From NCBI GenBank assembly GCA_964367145.1, contig CAYIWJ010000003.1, forward strand, positions 1 through 51,366: DNA of 51,366 nt, given 5' to 3'. Position numbers and translations under genes: made by a program. This document shows positions 34,170 through 42,858 of the stretch, in pieces (position 1 is the stretch's first letter; every line of letters starts with the position of its first letter). Origin of the DNA: an uncultured Candidatus Saccharibacteria bacterium. GTDB lineage: Bacteria > Patescibacteriota > Minisyncoccia > UBA6257 > 1-14-0-10-40-38. The notes under the pieces were generated by a model. The model had not been told where the DNA came from, searched no databases, and was given only the letters and a program-made list of their open reading frames with translations.

Positions 34170-34231
34170 AACTATTTAACTACAAGACTTTCCTCCGCTA
34201 CCGCGTTTATAACTTGGCGGCATTAAAATCA

Positions 34232-35218
34232 TTACTTTTGCCCTGGCGTGCCCACCAAGTTCGGCGGGGTCTGCCCTTCAAGCGCCGCCACAATGTTCCG
34301 AGCCGCCACCTCTCCCATTTTTTGCCGCGTCTCCTCGGTCGCCGAAGCAATATGCGGCGTTACGATAATTTTATCCAAATTTTTAAACCCCAAATCCATC
34401 AACGGCTCGTTTTCAAAAACATCAATCGCCGCTCCGCCAATAATCCCCTTTTCTAGCGCTTGCTCCAAGGCGTGCTCATCAATCACCGGTCCACGGGAGG
34501 TATTGATCAGATAAGCTGTTTTTTTCATCTTAGCCAAGCTGTCGGCATTTATCAGATGCTTGGTTGAGGGTAAAAGCGGCACATGAATGGATACAAAATC
34601 CGCCTCGCGGAGCAAATCGTCCAAATTCGGTCGGAACTCCGCGCTAAACTCTTTTTCAAAATCCTCGTTCCGCTTAACATCGTAATAAAGGGCTCGCATA
34701 TCAAAACCCTTAACTGCGTGCTTGGCGACCAAAGCCCCGATTCTTCCCAATCCCACGATGCCTAAAGTTGAGTGAGCCACGTCCGCCCCCAAAAGCAACA
34801 TTGGCCCCCAGCCCTTGTACTTTCCGTCGCGCATAAATTGATCCGCCTCCGCTATCCGGTGCGCGATGGCGAGTATCAGAGCAAAAGTGTGTTCGGCAAC
34901 CGTCTCGTTTAAAACATCCGGAGTGTTGGTGATTAAGATATTCCGTTCCCGAGCGGCGACTAAATCAATGTTATCAAAGCCCACCGCGTAATTGGCAAAA
35001 ATTTTGACTTGCGAACCGGCGGCGGCAAAAACCTCCTTATCAATTTTATCGGTCAAAAGACACAAAACAGCATCATAATTTTTACCCTCCAGAAACATTA
35101 TAAGCTCCTCTCGGCGCAGAACCCGATCTTCGGGATTGACCACCACTTCATAGCCCTGTTTTTTTAGCAAGACTAAACCGCGATCGGGAATCAGTCTAGT
35201 CACAAATACTTTCTTCAT
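34232..35218 (-). CDS. D-isomer-specific 2-hydroxyacid dehydrogenase (glyoxylate/hydroxypyruvate reductase-like)
   Basis: GIVGLGRIGALVAKH NAD-binding fold, SRGPVIDE, DVFENEP and TPHIAS motifs. Confidence 0.85.
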   Translation of the reverse strand: MKKVFVTRLIPDRGLVLLKKQGYEVVVNPEDRVLRREELIMFLEGKNYDAVLCLLTDKIDKEVFAAAGSQVKIFANYAVGFDNIDLVAARERNILITNTPDVLNETVAEHTFALILAIAHRIAEADQFMRDGKYKGWGPMLLLGADVAHSTLGIVGLGRIGALVAKHAVKGFDMRALYYDVKRNEDFEKEFSAEFRPNLDDLLREADFVSIHVPLLPSTKHLINADSLAKMKKTAYLINTSRGPVIDEHALEQALEKGIIGGAAIDVFENEPLMDLGFKNLDKIIVTPHIASATEETRQKMGEVAARNIVAALEGQTPPNLVGTPGQK

Positions 35219-35231
35219 AATGAAATAAATT

Positions 35232-37532
35232 TTAAGTTCTCAAACGCTGCAAAATATCATTCTCAACTTCTCGTCGTTCTCGCCCAAACTTAGCGCGAGA
35301 TGCCTCTCTAGAGCGAGTGGCGAGCCCTGCATCTGGCCGGGAGACAGCCGCCGTCTTAATGTTGAAAGGCCTAGCGGTTAATCCGTTAATCAACAGCTTA
35401 ACATAGGCATGATAGTTATCGATGTTGATAAGATCATTCTTGTCGAAGACCGGCTCAAACTGGCGTACCAAAAACTCGGCGTCTTCCGCTCCAACTCTAA
35501 ACACCACCATCGACCCGACATTACCAAACACCGCGTCGCGAATTTTTTCCGTCAGCTGGGCTATAAACTGGTGTGCCACCGTTAAATTCAAACCATATTT
35601 TCGCGCTTCAGATAAAATTGTGGCGATAGAATCAGTAGAAAAGTTCTGAAACTCATCAATGTAAAGATTAAAAGGAACTCGGTCTACCTGGGGTGTGTCC
35701 ACGCGCGACAAGGCCGCCATCAAAATCTTACCCACCACCACCATACCGATAAGTCCGGCATTGATGTCGCCAATCTTGCCCTTGGAAAGATTGCACAACA
35801 GTATCTTTCGACTATCCATAATCTCACGAAAACGAAAGGCGGATTGCACTTGGCCGATAATCGGCCGCACGTAATCATTGGCAATAAAGTTGCTGAATTT
35901 AGAAGTTACATAAGGAGTGATATTTTGGAGCGACGCCTCTCCTCCCGCCTTAACCGCCTCCTTTTCCCAAAAATCAATCACCGTAGGATTTGTCGCCCGC
36001 GCGAGTTTCTTGGCGCGAAAAGCCGCGTCCGAAAACAGACGTGGAATCTCCACCAAAGTTGCCGGATTTTCTGGATCATCCATCAGGAGCAAAAGCGCGT
36101 TGCGCATATATTGCTCAAACATCGGCCCCATCGTTTCGGAGGAAAAAAGTTTGTTAAAAATTCCCTGGATCTCGTTGACGATAAAAGTTTTTTGCTCGGG
36201 TTTGGTCGGGTCATTTTCCAGCATATTTAATCCCAAAGGACGCTCAATATCCCCCGGATCAAAAAGAATCACGTCCGAAAGCCGCTCAGCTGGAATAAGT
36301 CCCAATAGTGATTCAATTAGATCGCCGTGCGGATCAACGACCGCCACGCCCTTTCCGCTTTGAATGTCTTGCAGGGCCATCTTGACCATCAGATTCGATT
36401 TTCCGGTGCCGGTTTGACCAATCAAATAAATATGTCTTCCGCGATCAGAGTCCCCAATGCGAATTGGCTGAACTTGTCCGGCAAAAGTGCTTTCTCCGAT
36501 TAAAACTCCATCGGTTGGCAACTCAATCGGCGCCGCCGCCTCGCGTGATTTAACCGAGGCGATTTTGGCGACTTGAAACCCACTGGTTGGAAAATGAAAA
36601 AAACTGGCCAATTCATCCGTGTTCAAAATCATCTCATTCGCCGAACCAAAAGAACGAAAAATAAAGTCTTCAATTGTTCGCCGCGGATTTTTTGGCGTAA
36701 CAACTTTAACTTGGTTGCCGTTTGCCAGTTCAAATTGCCCACAAGCGACTAAGGCTCCGTTTAGAAGTTCCTCGGCTCGTAAATCATTTGGCGCAGTCGC
36801 CACCAACCTAACCGCTACTTTATATAGCGTTTGGGAAAGTTTATTTTGCACAAGTCTGATTTTTCCCTGATCAAGTGGCTCCGGCGTTTGCAAAACCTGG
36901 TCACCCTTTTCCTTCGCCTGGGGTGGCTTTTTTATCGTCTCCAAATATCGCATGCCACTCTTCTTTGTTCCCGAGGAGGCTCCCTCTACCACCACCTGCA
37001 AAGCCAACCCCTCGCCGACGGCGCGCAGATTGGCAAAAGCCGAAAGGAAAGACAAAAATAGGTCAGCCTTTGCTTCCGTGTAAGTCCGTAAAGGCAGGGC
37101 AAAATGAGATTTTTGCTCCAAGGTCGCCACCCTTACCTTACCCGAACCCCCGAATATGGTGTAATCATCCGCATGGCTCACCTGGGCTCCGGGCCAAAGC
37201 GCTCGGATATATTTCGCCACCCCCTCTTCGGCGCTAGTCGGTACGGCGCAATAGAACTTAATCTCCTCACCGATATTATGCACCGCGAGCTCCAACGCGA
37301 ACGGCTTCTTCATTCCCAAAAGTGAATTAAAAAACTGACCAGAAACCGCGATCTCACGCAGTGGATCTTTAGCCTCACCACTCCCCGCCGGATCGCGGGG
37401 TAAACGCACCAAAAGCAGGCGCAAATTAAGATCCAGAAGCAATTTTTTTCGTCGGCGCGAACTCCACCAAAAATATCCGCCAGTTAAAACCACGACTACA
37501 GCCAATCCAAGATAAACAAAAATCTGTGGCAT
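35232..37532 (-). CDS. fused membrane N-module plus VirD4/TraD-like P-loop NTPase
   Basis: N-terminal TM helix. Walker A GQTGTGKSN, VVDPHGD, Walker B LYIDEFQNF and TVAHQFIAQL. Colinear with the gene pair 6333..7586 + 7642..9294. Confidence 0.75.
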   Translation of the reverse strand: MPQIFVYLGLAVVVVLTGGYFWWSSRRRKKLLLDLNLRLLLVRLPRDPAGSGEAKDPLREIAVSGQFFNSLLGMKKPFALELAVHNIGEEIKFYCAVPTSAEEGVAKYIRALWPGAQVSHADDYTIFGGSGKVRVATLEQKSHFALPLRTYTEAKADLFLSFLSAFANLRAVGEGLALQVVVEGASSGTKKSGMRYLETIKKPPQAKEKGDQVLQTPEPLDQGKIRLVQNKLSQTLYKVAVRLVATAPNDLRAEELLNGALVACGQFELANGNQVKVVTPKNPRRTIEDFIFRSFGSANEMILNTDELASFFHFPTSGFQVAKIASVKSREAAAPIELPTDGVLIGESTFAGQVQPIRIGDSDRGRHIYLIGQTGTGKSNLMVKMALQDIQSGKGVAVVDPHGDLIESLLGLIPAERLSDVILFDPGDIERPLGLNMLENDPTKPEQKTFIVNEIQGIFNKLFSSETMGPMFEQYMRNALLLLMDDPENPATLVEIPRLFSDAAFRAKKLARATNPTVIDFWEKEAVKAGGEASLQNITPYVTSKFSNFIANDYVRPIIGQVQSAFRFREIMDSRKILLCNLSKGKIGDINAGLIGMVVVGKILMAALSRVDTPQVDRVPFNLYIDEFQNFSTDSIATILSEARKYGLNLTVAHQFIAQLTEKIRDAVFGNVGSMVVFRVGAEDAEFLVRQFEPVFDKNDLINIDNYHAYVKLLINGLTARPFNIKTAAVSRPDAGLATRSREASRAKFGRERREVENDILQRLRT

Positions 37533-37928
37533 CTATTTCAATAGCCCGCGTTTTTTAAACTCCTCATAAAACGTATCGGTGATAGCGTCATGAAATCCAT
37601 CTAACACCAACGGTGGTGATTTTTTAGCTTGCTTTATAGCCGAAGCCAATCCTTTATGCAGAGCCGAATCAATCAATTCCTCAACCATCAGCCGCGTGGC
37701 GGGATCTTCCGAAGCTAAATATAGAGGCAAGGCCGATGGCTTTGCATTCGCCGAAGTTTGACTTCCGGCGGAGTTGGAAGCCGGTGGCAAAGGACTTAGA
37801 CGTTCGCCAATGACTTCGCGCAAAACTTCGCGGTCGGATTTTTTCTCTAGGCTCCGTCCATTAATTTCAATTTTCAAATCTTGAATATCACGCTCAAGCG
37901 CCGAATGCCGTTCCGATGGTGCTTCCAT
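37533..37928 (-). CDS. hypothetical small protein, abutting the downstream translocase gene
   Basis: 131-aa ORF. Its stop codon directly abuts ATG 37532. A TGgTATACT element lies 7 nt upstream of its own ATG. Confidence 0.55.
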   Translation of the reverse strand: MEAPSERHSALERDIQDLKIEINGRSLEKKSDREVLREVIGERLSPLPPASNSAGSQTSANAKPSALPLYLASEDPATRLMVEELIDSALHKGLASAIKQAKKSPPLVLDGFHDAITDTFYEEFKKRGLLK

Positions 37929-37935
37929 AGAGAAA

Positions 37936-37944
37936 AGTATACCA
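37936..37944 (-). promoter_or_regulatory. extended -10 element TGgTATACT (minus strand)
   Basis: Lies 7 nt upstream of ATG 37928, which implies a leaderless or near-leaderless mRNA. Confidence 0.45.
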
Positions 37945-38006
37945 CAAAGAATCGCTTAGTAGCTTCAAATTACCAAAACCCGCTCCATCCGCTAAGCCTC
38001 ATTAAC

Positions 38007-39002
38007 CTACCCGTGCTTAACCACCATCACGTCGCCGTCTTTCACTACATATTCCTTGCCTTCGGTTCGCAAAACCCCCTTTTGTCTTGCCTGCGCCCAA
38101 CTTCCGGCTTTAATTAAATCCTCCCAAAAAACCACCTCGGCGCGGATAAACCTTTTTTCAAAATCGCTGTGAATCGCTCCGGCTGCCTGTGGCGCTGTTT
38201 CGCCGCGCTTTATGGTCCAGGCGCGAGTCTCATCCTCTCCGGTAGTCAGAAAACTTATCAAATCAAGCGTCCGGTATGCCGCCGTAATCAACTCCGGTAG
38301 ACTTTCCGTATCATTTAAATTCGCGGCCACATATTCGGCGCCAAGTGAAGCGATTTTCTGTTTGAGCTCGCTAGTCACCTCTCCCTCGCTTCCGTTCAAA
38401 AGAAAAATTTGTTTCTTGGTGGTTAATAATTGCATCTCCCGCGCCACTTGTTCATCGGCAAATTCGCTGATTAGCAATCCTTGATTCAACTTCACGAGCA
38501 TCTTTTTTAAAGTCTCTAAATCCTTTTGTGCCTGTTTTTGTCCGGTTTTTGCCTCGCCCTCGGCTCGCTTTAATCTCTTTTCCACCAAATCCAAATCTTT
38601 AAAAATCAATTCAGCGTTAATAATTTCAATATCCCGAATCGGATTTAGCGTATTTTCTACATGCGTAATTTCTATACTCTCAAAAATTCGAACCACATGC
38701 GTTATTGCCGTTACCTCTTTAATGTGCGACAAAAAAGCGTTGCCTAAGCCCTCGCCCTTGGAAGCGCCACGCACCAGTCCGGCAATATCAAAAAACTCCA
38801 TCACCGCCGGCACTGTTTTTTTAGAGTTAGAAAGTTTTGCAAGAAGCGCCACTCGCGCATCGGGCACGACCACCACCCCAACATTCGGATCAATGGTACA
38901 AAAAGGATAGTTGGCGATCTCAACCGGCTTGGCGGTCAAGATTTTAAAAAGCGTTGACTTGCCCACATTCGGCAAGCCAACTATGCCCATCGCGAGTTTC
39001 AT
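38007..39002 (-). CDS. ychF: redox-regulated ATPase YchF (Obg-like)
   Basis: GIVGLPNVGKSTLF, the DIAGLV..AS.GEGLGN pattern and a C-terminal TGS-like end (YVVKDGDVMVVKH). Confidence 0.85.
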   Translation of the reverse strand: MKLAMGIVGLPNVGKSTLFKILTAKPVEIANYPFCTIDPNVGVVVVPDARVALLAKLSNSKKTVPAVMEFFDIAGLVRGASKGEGLGNAFLSHIKEVTAITHVVRIFESIEITHVENTLNPIRDIEIINAELIFKDLDLVEKRLKRAEGEAKTGQKQAQKDLETLKKMLVKLNQGLLISEFADEQVAREMQLLTTKKQIFLLNGSEGEVTSELKQKIASLGAEYVAANLNDTESLPELITAAYRTLDLISFLTTGEDETRAWTIKRGETAPQAAGAIHSDFEKRFIRAEVVFWEDLIKAGSWAQARQKGVLRTEGKEYVVKDGDVMVVKHG

Positions 39003-39042
39003 GACTCAGGGAGAATAGCAAAAAGCGATAGACTTGGCAAAA

Positions 39043-41631
39043 TTACCTCCTCTTTCGCTTATCAATCTCTTCCTTGATCAAATCTACAAGTTCGGGCGCA
39101 AAATGTTTAGCGGTTTGACCTCCGGGAGCTTTATAATCAAATGACATTCCAGGTTCTAACGCCAAAAATTCACCGGCTATTGTGTTGATAAGCGTTTTGC
39201 TCACCGCGGTCTCTCGTTGAATTTCTCCCGCCGTTTTCCAGCCCACAGGAGCTGGTTCCATTGACGAGACTTCTTCGGTAATTATTCTGATCAAGCGGGG
39301 TGAGAGAAACTCAAAAGGGCGAGACTTTTCGTAGCGCATAACTTTGAACCATTCAGGATTTTTCTCCCTGTAGCTCGAGGCTATTCGACTAACTACTTTA
39401 TCACTAACTCCTAGGCTTTTTGCTAATACTTGAGTTGGCTGCCATTCTGCGGGCGCAATCTTGATTTCTTTGTCTTCTTGCTCGATGGTTTTTATTAATT
39501 GAGGTGAGATATGTTCGAATAGTCGACCCATTGCATCGTGAGACGTCCGAAACCATTCAGGATGGTCTTTTCTGTGTTGCTCAACTTTATTTTTTAAGCC
39601 TAATGCACTTCTTCCCATTTTTTCAGCTAGTTTATTGCGGGTAATCCAGCCAACAGGAGCCTCGATAGCGTTTTTTTGTTTTTCTTCAAGCAGTCTTATA
39701 AGCTCAGGGCTAAGGTGTTCAGCGCGACTGCCGTTCCTACCACGATATTCACGGAACCATTCCGGATGAAATTCGCGATGAGCATCAGTGGCCCTATCGA
39801 CAGTCGTAAAATTGCTACCGATCCTGTCTGCTAATCCTTTGCGCGTCTCCCAGCCTAAAGGCGCGTCTTCGAGTGAAAGTACCTCTTTTTTTATAAGATC
39901 GACCAGCGGAGGAGAAAAATGCTCGATTTTTCTTCCGGTATGTATCTGAAATGTACCGAACCACTCGGGGTTAGTAACCCGTTTAGCATCTACTATTTTG
40001 AGAATTGGTTTTTTGCTAACCCCTAACTCTCTTTTCAGAGATTCCAATGTCATCCATCCGGGTAGAGGCATTGCCCTCCCCCTACTTTCCCTTGTTTCAG
40101 AGACAATCCTAAAAATTTCTTGTGTATCAGTAATAATCTGTAGTCCTTCAATTTGTATGCCAGTGAGCCGCGCAGTTCCAGCCTGCTCTGATTGTCTAGT
40201 AATATCCCGAATCTCTTCTCTGTCAGCGTATGGTCTATCCGATTTTCGAATTATTCCAGGTGATCCGACAATTTCCGCGAAAGTTATAGGGCCAGGAGTA
40301 TCTTCATTTGTTTTTCTATCCAGAAATTCAACAATATGGGCGAACTTATCAGGGTTATCTTCGTCAAGACGAAGCACGCGTCCCGCGCGTTGCTCTGCGA
40401 TAACCCTAGATAGCGTGGGTCGTAGATTTAAACATACGCTTGCTCGAGGTTCGTCAAAGCCTTCAATCAACTTGTCGGCGGTGCATAAAACTTTAATTTC
40501 GCCTCGTTCATAGCGCTCAAGAATTTTTGCTGACTCTTCGCTGTCTGTTTGGCCGGTTATTACGGCTGATGGAACGTTACTTTCATTAAATAATTTTGAA
40601 ACTCGCTTTGCGTGCTCAATGCCCGCGCAAAATGCAATCCCTAATTTCTTATCGAAAGCATCTTTGTAAAGCTTTACCGCCGCCATATTGCGGCTTTGAA
40701 TGTTGATTGCTTGTTCTAATTCTTTTTCTGAATAATCTGTTCCACTGATTTTTACTTTACTAATATCAACGTCTGTTCGCGCTAGCGTTACAGAAAAAGA
40801 GGAAAGCAGGCACTCTTCTACTGCCTCCGGGATAGACATTGAATAAATTTCTGTATTGAGAAGATTGCGAACCTCCTTATCTTCAGAAAATATTGGCGTT
40901 GCAGTAAAGCCTAGCTTGATGGCGTTTGTAAATTTACTTACCGAGCCTGTTCGCAAATCACTTAAGCTCCGATGCGCTTCATCAAGGATTAAAAGACCAA
41001 TTTCTTCGGGTTTAATGTTTTTTCTTTCAATTTCATTCACTAAAGATGCATAAGTAACTACGGTAACATTTTTCCCGAATTCTTTAGCTGTTCCAGAAAC
41101 TTTTCCAACTTTAACGCCTGGGGCAAATCTTTCTAGTTTTTTGATAGTTTGGTCTACCAGGGTAAGAGTCGGCACAGCGATTACTGTTTTTACTCCAATT
41201 GCTTCAAGAAACTCTGTGAAAAGAACGGTTTTGCCGGCACCTGTAGGAAGCTTAACATAGCCCTCGTTACCACCATTTTCAAGATAGTCGCGCATCGCTT
41301 CAAAGACATTTATCTGTTCTTCGCGAAGGGTGCGCTTATTCTCAAACGCTTTGTGCTCCCCAATGTACGCATCTAAGTTGTTCAGTCTCCGCAACCATTC
41401 GCGCATACTACCAATCTCTTCAAGGGAAATTGGCTCACCAGAGCGCTGGGAGCGAAGAGTTTGAAGATAGATTCCGTATCTGCGGGGATATTTTTCCTTT
41501 AACTTCTCCACCGACATCCCCGATGTATCCTCTCGTGATGAAGATTGGGGAAGTTCTTTGCCGAGAATGGACTCAGTAGCTCTTACCTGTTCTTCCAGCT
41601 CACTAGGCTCCTTGTATCGGAACTGCTCCAT
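39043..41631 (-). CDS. SF2 DEAD/DEAH-box (type III restriction Res-like) helicase with five C-terminal tandem repeats
   Basis: Motif I LPTGAGKT, motif II LDEAH, motif III TATP and motif VI QRAGRVLR. The C-terminal third consists of repeats. Confidence 0.8.
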   Translation of the reverse strand: MEQFRYKEPSELEEQVRATESILGKELPQSSSREDTSGMSVEKLKEKYPRRYGIYLQTLRSQRSGEPISLEEIGSMREWLRRLNNLDAYIGEHKAFENKRTLREEQINVFEAMRDYLENGGNEGYVKLPTGAGKTVLFTEFLEAIGVKTVIAVPTLTLVDQTIKKLERFAPGVKVGKVSGTAKEFGKNVTVVTYASLVNEIERKNIKPEEIGLLILDEAHRSLSDLRTGSVSKFTNAIKLGFTATPIFSEDKEVRNLLNTEIYSMSIPEAVEECLLSSFSVTLARTDVDISKVKISGTDYSEKELEQAINIQSRNMAAVKLYKDAFDKKLGIAFCAGIEHAKRVSKLFNESNVPSAVITGQTDSEESAKILERYERGEIKVLCTADKLIEGFDEPRASVCLNLRPTLSRVIAEQRAGRVLRLDEDNPDKFAHIVEFLDRKTNEDTPGPITFAEIVGSPGIIRKSDRPYADREEIRDITRQSEQAGTARLTGIQIEGLQIITDTQEIFRIVSETRESRGRAMPLPGWMTLESLKRELGVSKKPILKIVDAKRVTNPEWFGTFQIHTGRKIEHFSPPLVDLIKKEVLSLEDAPLGWETRKGLADRIGSNFTTVDRATDAHREFHPEWFREYRGRNGSRAEHLSPELIRLLEEKQKNAIEAPVGWITRNKLAEKMGRSALGLKNKVEQHRKDHPEWFRTSHDAMGRLFEHISPQLIKTIEQEDKEIKIAPAEWQPTQVLAKSLGVSDKVVSRIASSYREKNPEWFKVMRYEKSRPFEFLSPRLIRIITEEVSSMEPAPVGWKTAGEIQRETAVSKTLINTIAGEFLALEPGMSFDYKAPGGQTAKHFAPELVDLIKEEIDKRKRR
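39061..40071 (-). repeat. five tandem ~64-69-aa protein repeats (P.GW.T...LA...G.S...........PEWF..........EH.SP.L...I..E)
   Basis: Helicase residues ~521-857. The PEWF motif occurs four times, with a degenerate fifth unit. Confidence 0.8.
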
Positions 41632-41750
41632 ATGTGTCTAATTATGCCAAAAAATTCAGCTTAAATAAAGCTACTGTAGCGATCCATTGCGCAACGGAAC
41701 TTTTGCTTCTCATTCGCTATTTACTGAGTTTGCTTTGCTATACTTATTCA

Positions 41751-42848
41751 GTGTTCTACCTCCAAGGTTTAAATCACGGACAAATTACTGGACGCACCTG
41801 GCTCGTTCGCGCCAGCTTTGATGTGGAAAATCTTCGTGAGGATTTTCGACTCTTCTCCGCCTTGCCGACTGTCCGGTTTATTTTAGATCGTGGCGGGCGA
41901 GTTATTCTGCTCTCCCACCGCGGCCGACCAAAAGAGCCAACACGCTCCTTAAGTCTTAATATTATTCTTCCTTTTCTGACTCGTCACCTTGGCATTCGCC
42001 CCGTATTTTTTTCCGATTTTGATTTTGCAAATATCAGACACATACTTCGCGCTAGTTCCCACCGTCTTTTTTTGTTGGAAAATCTTCGTTTTTCTCCCGG
42101 CGAAGAGGCCAACGACCCGACTTTTGCCAAAAATTTGGCCTCACTCGGCGATGGCTATGTGAACGATGATTTTGCCGCAAGCCATCGCGTCCATGCTTCA
42201 ATCGCCACCATGCCAAAATTTCTGTCGTCTTACTGTGGTTTGCAACTTGCCGCCGAAATTAAAGCGTTGGGCGGCCTTCTACAAAAGCCGCAACGTCCGT
42301 TCGTGGTCCTGCTCGGTGGTGCTAAAGTTCCGGAAAAATTAGCCTTTGCCACGGCAATGCTAAAATTTGCCGACTCGGTGCTTGTCGGCGGCGTCTTGGC
42401 CAATACCTTGCTGGCGGCTTCGGGTAAAGACATTAAGGCTTCGACGCTAGATTCAAATTCGCTTCCACTGGCCAAAAAAATTGTCGCTCACCCCAAGCTT
42501 CATTTGCCGATAGATTTCATTTGGGAAGAGGAAAAAATCCGCGACATCGGCCCGCAAACCATTCCGGCTTTCAGCGAGATTTTGTCTAAAGCCAAAACCA
42601 TCATCTGGAACGGAGCCATGGGGCTTTTTGAAGATCTCCGGTTTGCCGAAGGCTCAATCGAGCTTGCCCACCTAATAACCGGAACCGAATCATATTCCGT
42701 AGTCGGTGGCGGCGAAACCACGGCCTTGGTTCAAAGTCTTCACCTTGCCTCGCGTTTTGATTTTGTTTCTACGGGCGGCGGCGCCATGTTGGATTTTCTC
42801 TCCGGAAGAAAACTGCCCGGCATTGAAATACTCAATCAAAGCCGCTAG
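41751..42848 (+). CDS. pgk: phosphoglycerate kinase
   Basis: SHRGRP, NLRF..GEE.ND, YVNDDFAASHR, GGAKV, DIGPQT, WNGAMGLFE and STGGGAMLDFL motifs. GTG 41751 is proposed as the start (TGcTATACT lies 6 nt upstream). The maximal ORF begins at 41634. Confidence 0.8.
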   Translation: MFYLQGLNHGQITGRTWLVRASFDVENLREDFRLFSALPTVRFILDRGGRVILLSHRGRPKEPTRSLSLNIILPFLTRHLGIRPVFFSDFDFANIRHILRASSHRLFLLENLRFSPGEEANDPTFAKNLASLGDGYVNDDFAASHRVHASIATMPKFLSSYCGLQLAAEIKALGGLLQKPQRPFVVLLGGAKVPEKLAFATAMLKFADSVLVGGVLANTLLAASGKDIKASTLDSNSLPLAKKIVAHPKLHLPIDFIWEEEKIRDIGPQTIPAFSEILSKAKTIIWNGAMGLFEDLRFAEGSIELAHLITGTESYSVVGGGETTALVQSLHLASRFDFVSTGGGAMLDFLSGRKLPGIEILNQSR

Positions 42849-42858
42849 AGTTAACCAA

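Noticed and set aside
41634-41750. N-terminal 39-aa extension of the pgk ORF
   Set aside because: It would leave a 2-nt divergent spacer to the helicase gene. The extension is hydrophobic and not PGK-like. A TGcTATACT-N6-GTG arrangement at 41736..41753 fits the conserved PGK N-terminus.
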